Assembly (NCBI GenBank): GCA_017938505.1
Contig: JAGBBH010000079.1
Coordinates: 1 to 51,576 of the forward strand
DNA from: Clostridia bacterium
Lineage (GTDB): Bacteria; Bacillota; Clostridia; Christensenellales; UBA1242
Direction: 5' to 3'
DNA: 51,576 nucleotides
How positions within the stretch are numbered: position 1 is the first letter of the stretch; every line of letters starts with the position of its first letter. The notes beneath the pieces are model-generated. The model searched no databases and was not told the origin of the DNA. It worked only from the letters and a program-made list of their open reading frames with translations. Position numbers and translations under genes: made by a program. Shown here one piece after another: positions 1-6,861 of this stretch.

Positions 1-70
1 CAAAAGAAGCAAAAATCCACACTCTTTCTCCTCAGAATCGACTTATCCCCGCCAATTTAGAAAGCACAAA

Positions 71-454
71 TCAAAATAATCCACAACCATTTCTCTTATA
101 TAACCCCATAAGATAATATTCTGAAACGAGTTTAATAATTTCAGCCGTTGTAGGTTTATGCCCAGACTTAAAGACTTCCATACCAAAGAGGTCATTGACT
201 GAATTAAACCCTTTTTGATTATATGTAAAAGAAATTGCATTTTGAATGTTCGCTTCCACCCTAAACGCGCTTTTTGCATTGCAAACTTTTGCAACCTTTT
301 CAAACAGTTTATTTAAGTTGTAAACCAACATAGGTTCTTCAACAACCATTTCAATTGCAACAGACAAGTAAGAAAAACCAATTAAGTCGCATTTTATGCC
401 AATTCTAATCAATGTCAATCTCACAACCTTTGAAACTTCGTTCAATTCTCCCAT
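71..454 (-). CDS. Stand-alone Spo0A C-terminal (effector/DNA-binding) domain-like protein, 127 aa
   Basis: The ORF has GGAGG 4 nt before the ATG. It aligns by eye over its whole length with the Spo0A effector domain (IGI..IGFSYL..AIEMV...SAFRVE.NIQNAI....G..SVNDLFG.....HKPT.AE.I). There is no receiver domain. Confidence 0.7.
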   Translation of the reverse strand: MGELNEVSKVVRLTLIRIGIKCDLIGFSYLSVAIEMVVEEPMLVYNLNKLFEKVAKVCNAKSAFRVEANIQNAISFTYNQKGFNSVNDLFGMEVFKSGHKPTTAEIIKLVSEYYLMGLYKRNGCGLF

Positions 455-666
455 ATATCCTCCGACACAATTTATGCTTCATTTGAAGTTTAGCACATTT
501 ACGGCACAAAATCAAACATTTTTTCAAAATTTTACAAAATTTTATAAAATTATCTTTTTCTAGCATTTTAATGTCATAAATGCCTTTAAAAATCGACATA
601 ATTAACAAAAACCACCAAAATTCGGACAACAAACAACCATAACCAAAACAATTTCATTTTAAAAAG

Positions 667-695
667 TTGCAAAAAAAAGAAAGATGTAGTAAAAT
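667..695 (+). promoter_or_regulatory. Sigma-70-type promoter for tRNA-Ser
   Basis: TTGCAA (667-672), a 17-nt spacer, then TAAAAT (690-695). The -10 box ends 13 nt before the tRNA 5' end. Confidence 0.45.
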
Positions 696-708
696 AAGGT
701 CGTTTAAT

Positions 709-799
709 GGAAATGTACCGAAGAGGTCGCACCGGGACGCACTCGAAATGCGTTTGTCGAGCAATCGGCACGTGGGTTCGAATCCCACCATTTCCGCCA
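709..799 (+). tRNA. tRNA-Ser (anticodon CGA), type II with long variable arm, CCA encoded
   Basis: 91 nt. The acceptor stem is GGAAATG/CATTTCC and the D stem is 3 bp. The anticodon stem is ACGCA/TGCGT with loop CTCGAAA. The T arm is GTGGG-TTCGAAT-CCCAC. The discriminator is G, followed by CCA. Confidence 0.9.
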
Positions 800-862
800 A
801 GTGGGATTGAGTTAAACTCTAATAACGTTGACTGAAAGTCGCTTTTTAACAAAGGAGACAAA

Positions 863-1558
863 ATGCAAGAAAACACAAAAATACTTATTGACAGAATAGA
901 TTCTCTTACAAAATTATGTGATAATGATAAATTTGGAGATGCATACGCAAAAATAGTCTTCGAAGTCGAACAGCTATGTATCGCTATTGCAGGAAATGAG
1001 TCCTTAGAATATGAGGAATTCTCATCTATAGTAAATTCTAGAATTGCAGGCTCTACACAAGTAGCATATCTTAGAGGTGTTTTAGGAGCATTAAGAAATA
1101 GAATTGTAATTGAAGGGATAAAGACCACTAATACATTTAATTGGGACAACCTATTACATCCCATTGTTTATAAAACTTCTTTCAAAAAGTTGCTGGATGG
1201 TTATTATTCTGATGCTGTTGATTCTGCAATTAAAGAAATGAATTTTAAGGCAAAAAATCTGTATAAAAAATATAAAGGAAAAGAACTTGATGGGGCAGAT
1301 TTATTTGCAAATATTTTTAATAACGATAAAGATAAAACGTTGTTAATGGCGGGTGGCAAATTAGAAAGTCAAAGTAATAAGGATGAACAAGAAGGGTATA
1401 GATTTCTTTTTATGGGATTATGGAAAGGACTTAGAAATCCAAACGCTCATACAAACATGTCAATTACAAAACAACAAGCAATCGAAAGGCTTATATTTAT
1501 AAGTATGTTAATGTATAAATTTGAAGAATGTATTAAAAATTCTGGATTAATCGAATAA
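863..1558 (+). CDS. HEPN-type protein of the TIGR02391 / Hypoth_Ymh / Abi_C-like family, 231 aa
   Basis: AAAGGAG RBS. The C-terminal half matches the family pattern (LDGADLF..F....DEQEGYRFLFMGLWKGLRNPNAH....IT.QQAIERL...SML) and contains the Rx4H motif RNPNAH. I recognise no family for the helical N-terminal ~110 aa. Confidence 0.7.
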   Translation: MQENTKILIDRIDSLTKLCDNDKFGDAYAKIVFEVEQLCIAIAGNESLEYEEFSSIVNSRIAGSTQVAYLRGVLGALRNRIVIEGIKTTNTFNWDNLLHPIVYKTSFKKLLDGYYSDAVDSAIKEMNFKAKNLYKKYKGKELDGADLFANIFNNDKDKTLLMAGGKLESQSNKDEQEGYRFLFMGLWKGLRNPNAHTNMSITKQQAIERLIFISMLMYKFEECIKNSGLIE

Positions 1559-1573
1559 AATAAGGAGATAAAA

Positions 1574-2458
1574 ATGGCTGAATTAAAATTATTTAAATTA
1601 AATAACGAAGTTAAGGAATTAAAATCAAGTAGTGCCACTATTGAAAAAGAATTACAAAACATTATTGAAAAGAACATGTTTGAGTTCTTTGGTGTAAGAT
1701 TCTTGCAAAGCGAATATCGAATTGACAATGGAAGAATGGATTCTATTGGAATTGATGAAAATAACTGCCCTGTTATTTTCGAATATAAATGCCACTCAAA
1801 TGAGAATGTAATCAATCAGGGATTATTTTATTTGAATTGGTTACTTGAACACAAAGCCAACTTTAAATTGTTAGTCATTGAAAAACTGGGTATTAAAGCG
1901 GCTGAAGAAATAGATTGGTCAATGCCAAGGGTTATTTGTATTGCAGGAGATTTCAATAAATATGATGAAGAAGCAATAAAGCAAATAAATAGAAATGTAT
2001 CTTTAATCCGATACAAAAAATTTGAAAACGATTTATTATTATTCGAACTTTTAAACACTAATACAGTTGCTCCATTACAAGATGAAAAAGAAGTTTCTAA
2101 AAAACAATTAAACAAAACATTCTCAGAACAATACAAATCAGCACCTGAAAAATTAAAAAAAATATATGACAATCTTAAGGATTACATATTCTCTTTAGGT
2201 GATGACATCTCTGAAAACACTTTGGTTTTATATACTGCATTTAAAAAAATCAAAAACTTTGTTACTGTGGAAATATATCAGACAAAGATTCTTATCAATT
2301 TTAGACTAAACCCTGATAACTATGAATTAACAGAATCTTTAAGAGATGTAAGAAACATTGGGCATTGGGGTTGTGGAGATTTGCAATTAACTATCAAATC
2401 CGAAGAAGAAGCCGAATTGGCAAAAAATTTAATCAAAGATGCGTACGAGATGAATTAA
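1574..2458 (+). CDS. NucS/DUF91-like PD-(D/E)xK endonuclease with DUF5655-like C-terminal domain, 294 aa
   Basis: The ORF starts 16 nt after the previous stop and has an AAGGAG RBS. GRMDSIGIDENNCPVIFEYK....NQGLFYLNWL gives the D...ExK plus QxxxY nuclease signature. The C-terminal ~120 aa resembles DUF5655; this is recalled, not searched. Confidence 0.65.
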   Translation: MAELKLFKLNNEVKELKSSSATIEKELQNIIEKNMFEFFGVRFLQSEYRIDNGRMDSIGIDENNCPVIFEYKCHSNENVINQGLFYLNWLLEHKANFKLLVIEKLGIKAAEEIDWSMPRVICIAGDFNKYDEEAIKQINRNVSLIRYKKFENDLLLFELLNTNTVAPLQDEKEVSKKQLNKTFSEQYKSAPEKLKKIYDNLKDYIFSLGDDISENTLVLYTAFKKIKNFVTVEIYQTKILINFRLNPDNYELTESLRDVRNIGHWGCGDLQLTIKSEEEAELAKNLIKDAYEMN

Positions 2459-2600
2459 AAAATGTAAATTTCCTAAGCAAAATGCTTGAGTAAAAAACAA
2501 ATATCTATTACTATGTAATAAATAAAAATATGGCTATGGTGCGTTCAACTGAGGTTCAACTCGTGCCGCCAAAAATACATATTAAGAGGGAGATATTTTT

Positions 2601-3227
2601 ATGGACTACATCAGAGTTTCGGCTTCATATCTTTTTAATATTAAAATAGACAATAAATACTTGCTTGTAAAAAGCGAAAGAAGAAATCAGTTTCAACCCA
2701 TAGGCGGTTGTTATAAATACTTCCCAGAAGCAGAAAAGTTTTTATCGTCCATTGGGGCAACGCCTGAAAAAAAATCTAATGGAATAGGCAGTTTAATGGA
2801 TTTAAGATTGATAATTCCACAACAACAACTTGATTCTTTTATTAAGTGGTTTACTAGCGGAGAAAATAGAGAAACAACTTATGATAGAGAATTTAACGAA
2901 GAACTTATTTCGTTAATACCAAAAGAAAAACAACAATTATTTAATATAATTCAAGCGAAAAAACAAAACAGTGGTTCATTTGATATATTTTTCGATAAAG
3001 AAAAAAACCTAAAGTCAATAAAACCAATGGATATCATTTCTATAGCCTTATCGTCTGAACAAAAATGTGTTATATCTGATGTTTGTAAACATAACCCAAA
3101 TTTGCTAATAGTAACAAAAGAAGATATTTTAAATGGTTACACAACTTTAAAGGACAACACGAAAGTGAAAATTGGTGAACACACTAGAAATATATTAAAA
3201 TTACCCATTCAAACCAAGGAACTATAA
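2601..3227 (+). CDS. NUDIX-fold protein, resembles the SMODS-associated NUDIX family, 208 aa
   Basis: GAGGGAG RBS. The pattern FQPIGGCYKY ... DLRLII....L..FIKWFTSGENRE...DREFNEEL fits a split Nudix box (G...RE.xEE). The family assignment is from memory of the pattern only. Confidence 0.45.
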   Translation: MDYIRVSASYLFNIKIDNKYLLVKSERRNQFQPIGGCYKYFPEAEKFLSSIGATPEKKSNGIGSLMDLRLIIPQQQLDSFIKWFTSGENRETTYDREFNEELISLIPKEKQQLFNIIQAKKQNSGSFDIFFDKEKNLKSIKPMDIISIALSSEQKCVISDVCKHNPNLLIVTKEDILNGYTTLKDNTKVKIGEHTRNILKLPIQTKEL

Positions 3228-3462
3228 ATTTATTAATAATTTTAATTCGCCTAGCACAAATAAATGTTTTTGCGTTAGTGTCGAAGCCCCATATCTCGCC
3301 AATCAATCTACAAATCAATAATTGCTTGTTTTTTATATAAAAACTAGCGATTATGCTTGCTAGGACATAATAAAATTTTTGACAACCTCTCGTTTTTGAA
3401 ATTGTAGTCTAAAAACATCTTAAACAAGGTTATTTACAAACAATACCAACATTTTAATTTTC

Positions 3463-3471
3463 TGATATAAT
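3463..3471 (+). promoter_or_regulatory. Extended -10 promoter (TGaTATAAT) for the PHP gene
   Basis: TG at 3463-3464 and TATAAT at 3466-3471, 22 nt upstream of the ATG at 3494. An AGGAGAA RBS lies in between. Confidence 0.4.
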
Positions 3472-3493
3472 ATAGAAACATTAGGAGAATATA

Positions 3494-4408
3494 ATGGAAG
3501 AATTTTGTGATATGCATATACACACAAACCACTCTGACGGCAACCTGTCAGGCAGTGAATTGTTGCAATATGCCGCAAGGCGTGAACTAAAAAAACTGTC
3601 AATAACCGATCACGACTGCGTTGATTTTTATCTAGATGAAAAAATTGTAGATAGGTTAAAAGATTTTGACTATGTAACAGGGTGCGAATTTGTCTGCTCT
3701 TATGGCAATGTCCCAATAGAAATACTAGGCTATGGCATTGATGTCATAGGTGCAAAAGAATATCTAAACATTTATGGAATAAATGAAAACAAGATAGAAA
3801 AATATAGAAGCGACCACACGCCTAAAGTCTTTGCAAAATACGGAATCATTCTAGACTACGACCCTAAAAGCATAGACTTTACACAAAAATGCCCTATGGT
3901 GCTTGAACAATTGTATGAATCTGTTTTGCGAAATCAAGAAGCAGTAAATTTTCTGGAAAAAGAAAACCCTAGATTGCTACAAAGCGTATCAACATTTTTA
4001 AGAGAAGGATTAAACAACCCGGCATCTAAAATTTTTATTGCTCCACACACTTTGTATCCTTCTTATGACAAAATAACAACTCTTATCAAAAAACTAGGTG
4101 GGATTTCTTTCCTTGCTCACCCATATCAATATGGAGATAATATGGAAAGAGTGCTAGAGGGCACAAAGAATTCTGTAAACGGCATAGAGTGCTACCACTA
4201 TACAACAACAGAAAAAGCCCAAACGGAATACTTAAAGAGCTTTTGCGAAAAGAACGGCCTAATGATATCTGGCGGCAGCGATTTTCATATAAAAGACCCA
4301 ATGGGCAAAGACTTGTTAAACAAGCTAAATGTCCCTGCTCAATATTTTGACAAAATAAAAACAAGGGTTAAAACAATAACAAAAACCAATCTGGCGAAAA
4401 ACTTTTAA
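3494..4408 (+). CDS. PHP-domain metal-dependent phosphoesterase, 304 aa
   Basis: The N-terminal DMHIHTNHSDG motif is followed by ITDHD, and later by FLAHP and GGSDFH motifs typical of the PHP family. Confidence 0.8.
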   Translation: MEEFCDMHIHTNHSDGNLSGSELLQYAARRELKKLSITDHDCVDFYLDEKIVDRLKDFDYVTGCEFVCSYGNVPIEILGYGIDVIGAKEYLNIYGINENKIEKYRSDHTPKVFAKYGIILDYDPKSIDFTQKCPMVLEQLYESVLRNQEAVNFLEKENPRLLQSVSTFLREGLNNPASKIFIAPHTLYPSYDKITTLIKKLGGISFLAHPYQYGDNMERVLEGTKNSVNGIECYHYTTTEKAQTEYLKSFCEKNGLMISGGSDFHIKDPMGKDLLNKLNVPAQYFDKIKTRVKTITKTNLAKNF

Positions 4409-4531
4409 AGAATAAAACAAAATACTCAGTTGACCACCAGATATTCTATTGCGGCTTAAATTGTGCTCTAGCATTTTTGTTGTTTAACAAATTTTTAAAT
4501 AATTTATATCACACATTTAGGAGAATTAGAA

Positions 4532-5248
4532 ATGAGTTTAAAGGTTTTTGGCGGTGTTCATTGGTTATATTTGGCAATAACATTGACATTAAGTGCAGTT
4601 GGTCTGTTTTGTGCAAAAAAATTTGCAAAATCAGAAAAAAGCCAAAAGATAGTTTTAAAATGCATTGCAGGAATGTTATTAATTTGGATTTTGATTAACA
4701 GATTGTCGCAAGTGTTTAGATATTCAGAAGTTAGATGGAATCAAATTATACCTGACAGTTTCTGCGGAATGACAAGTCTTGTTTTGTCATTATCAGTTCT
4801 TCTCGGCAAAAAAGACAATCCTGTATTGCACTTCACTTGGTTCTTGGCAATCGTAGGAGATGTCATTACTCTTGCTTATCCAACATTCCTTGACCAAGGT
4901 TCGTCTGTGTTCTATTTGCCAACAATCTCAGGCCTTTTGCACCACAGTTTGTCTTTGGTAATGGTTGTCTCCCTCTTGCTTTTTAACCAAATTCACATAA
5001 CATACAAAAAATGGTATTGTTCTTTGTTTGGATTTACAGCATATTTCACTGTTGGTGCCTTTCAAATGTCAGTGTTTGGTTTTGGTGATGCTTTCCACAT
5101 TGTCGAACCGATGCTTTCAGGCACCCCACTGACCGCTTGGGTGATTGCCCCAATATACATAGTCGGCTACGGTTCGGTGTTGCTAGCAATTGAATTAATC
5201 CGCAGACATAAAACAAAAAAGCAACAAAACAGCATTGAAACAACCTAA
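4532..5248 (+). CDS. Multi-pass integral membrane protein (possibly TIGR02206/YwaF-like), 238 aa
   Basis: AGGAGAA RBS and at least 6 hydrophobic segments. The N-terminal F..VHWLYL pattern is reminiscent of the YwaF family, but this is weak. Confidence 0.55.
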   Translation: MSLKVFGGVHWLYLAITLTLSAVGLFCAKKFAKSEKSQKIVLKCIAGMLLIWILINRLSQVFRYSEVRWNQIIPDSFCGMTSLVLSLSVLLGKKDNPVLHFTWFLAIVGDVITLAYPTFLDQGSSVFYLPTISGLLHHSLSLVMVVSLLLFNQIHITYKKWYCSLFGFTAYFTVGAFQMSVFGFGDAFHIVEPMLSGTPLTAWVIAPIYIVGYGSVLLAIELIRRHKTKKQQNSIETT

Positions 5249-5263
5249 TCATATCCAAAAAAG

Positions 5264-5290
5264 ACCCGCATCTCACTTGCGAGTTTTTTT
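5264..5290 (+). terminator. Rho-independent terminator
   Basis: Stem ACCCGCA/TGCGAGT (7 bp, one mismatch), 7-nt loop, then T7. Confidence 0.5.
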
Positions 5291-5511
5291 GTTTGTCATC
5301 AAACTTTCCTTTCTAACCAACTTTAATATTTGCACAGGGGCAAAGGCCTCCTAAAAAACATCTTACCATTCAACAATTGCCAATCACAATAAAATTGTTG
5401 ATTTGTTTTACAAATCTAGAACAACTAACTTTATCCCCCATAAGAACTACTTTTAAAAACAACAAAGCATCCTTTAAATCCAGTTTTTGACTTGCTAGCC
5501 ATTTATGTTTT

Positions 5512-5520
5512 TGTTATAAT
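5512..5520 (+). promoter_or_regulatory. Extended -10 promoter (TGtTATAAT)
   Basis: TG at 5512-5513 and TATAAT at 5515-5520, 18 nt upstream of the ATG at 5539. An AAGGAGA RBS lies in between. Confidence 0.4.
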
Positions 5521-5538
5521 AGAACAAAGGAGATAACA

Positions 5539-6645
5539 ATGAATAAAACTTTTGACAAAGAAAGAGAACTAACCTCTTGGTGTGAGTTGATTTTTAAATA
5601 TACGAAAGAAAGAGTTGAAAACGACAGTGTTGCCACAAGATGGATTTTTGATAGAGCAACCCACGATGAATGGGTTTTGGCATTATTTCCTAAACATTTT
5701 GCAAGTGTTAATGCTTACAACCAATTCTTTGAACTAACGGGGCAAGACATTCGAGAATTCAATTGGAACAGCACTGTAACGACTAAAGACAAACAAACTA
5801 TAATCGTTCACCAATTTTTCGTTGACGAGCATCTCACAACCGCCCACGATTTTAAATATGAACTGATTGAATTGTTTAATCAAGGAAATTTGTCCGTTGA
5901 CAAAATCAAAGAACTAATTTCAATGCAAAGATTGTGCTGGATAACAAAAGAAGAAAACAATAAATTGACACAATCTGGGTTTAAAAATCATAGGAAAAAT
6001 CCACTTGACGCTTACCAAACCTGTGGCATAGAAATTTATGATAAAGACAACTGTGATTTAAACATAATGATTCCAACATCACGCAAAACAAATTCTCCAC
6101 ATTTAGAATCAAGCAACCAAATCTTAAAAAACATTCAGAATTTTCTCAACACCCACAAAATTAATGATATGACTTACAATTTAAATTCCTATGCAGGTTC
6201 AAGTTATGCTTGGATATTGAAATTTAACGATTATATGATAAATGTGAGAGTCAAAAAAGAACGATTAAAAGATATTTGTTTATACATTTCTGGCAAAGAT
6301 GCAAAAAGAAAATTTCAAACCTTAAAATCCAAACAACATCAAATTGAATCAGAACTTGGTTATACCCTCGCCTGGGACGAAAACAAAGACAAACAAGCGA
6401 CACGAATAGGTCGATTCTTTAAAAATGCAGACTTATCAACAACCTTTGAACTCTCTCACAAAGATATATGTTTTGATTTCAATGTTGAAGACTGTGAATA
6501 TGCGAAAAAAGTTGCTCAAGAACTGGTCAACTTTGTCAATGTCTTCTGCTCCTATTTTGTTTTTGCAGACAAAGCAGAAGGTTCTAGAAAAAGAAAAATT
6601 CGCAAAAAAAACATTGAAAACTTTTTCTCCGATGAAGAAATATAA
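5539..6645 (+). CDS. Hypothetical protein with unassigned N-terminal domain and DUF4268-like C-terminal region, 368 aa
   Basis: Good RBS and a strong terminator downstream. The C-terminal LKSKQHQIESELGYTLAWDENKDKQATRIGRFF...EDCEYAKKVAQELVNFVNVF fits the DUF4268 pattern (IE.elG..L.W......sRI). I recognise no family for the N-terminal ~200 aa. Confidence 0.6.
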   Translation: MNKTFDKERELTSWCELIFKYTKERVENDSVATRWIFDRATHDEWVLALFPKHFASVNAYNQFFELTGQDIREFNWNSTVTTKDKQTIIVHQFFVDEHLTTAHDFKYELIELFNQGNLSVDKIKELISMQRLCWITKEENNKLTQSGFKNHRKNPLDAYQTCGIEIYDKDNCDLNIMIPTSRKTNSPHLESSNQILKNIQNFLNTHKINDMTYNLNSYAGSSYAWILKFNDYMINVRVKKERLKDICLYISGKDAKRKFQTLKSKQHQIESELGYTLAWDENKDKQATRIGRFFKNADLSTTFELSHKDICFDFNVEDCEYAKKVAQELVNFVNVFCSYFVFADKAEGSRKRKIRKKNIENFFSDEEI

Positions 6646-6687
6646 ATAAAAAACTCCAACATAAATAATCAATCCACTTTCTAATTT

Positions 6688-6722
6688 AACCACATTAACC
6701 GTAATGTGGTTTCTTTTTTTTG
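6688..6722 (+). terminator. Rho-independent terminator
   Basis: Perfect 9-bp stem AACCACATT/AATGTGGTT with a 6-nt loop, followed by TCTTTTTTTTT. Confidence 0.8.
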
Positions 6723-6832
6723 TTTAGTTTTCTTTTTCATACAATTCCAGCAATCAGTTTTTCTAAAACCTAGAATTTTATAATCTAAATAAGAAACATT
6801 CAATGCTTTACACATAAATCTTTATCAATCAT

Positions 6833-6861
6833 TTGTTCAAGTTGAACAAAATATGTATAAT
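6833..6861 (+). promoter_or_regulatory. Putative promoter of the helicase gene (possible leaderless transcript)
   Basis: TTGTTC (6833-6838), a 17-nt spacer, then TATAAT (6856-6861). The second ATG (6868) lies 6 nt after the -10 box. Neither ATG has a Shine-Dalgarno sequence in front. Confidence 0.35.

Noticed and set aside
586-1164. A 192-aa minus-strand ORF spanning the tRNA region.
   Set aside because: It runs antisense through a well-folding tRNA-Ser and into the 5' end of a plus-strand gene that has an RBS. It has no RBS of its own and its composition looks like a translated non-coding strand.
2524-2570. A tRNA-like 3' fragment (..GGTGCGTTCAACTGAGGTTCAACTCGTGCCGCCA) that might be an att-site remnant marking an island boundary.
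   Set aside because: It cannot be folded into a T arm plus acceptor stem. Only the terminal CCGCCA matches the 3' end of tRNA-Ser (..CCCACCATTTCCGCCA), and there is no integrase nearby. It is probably a chance or degenerate sequence.
2601-3227. Calling a CBASS system on the basis of the SMODS-associated-type NUDIX.
   Set aside because: No CD-NTase/SMODS cyclase, effector or Cap2/Cap3-like genes are present anywhere in the window.
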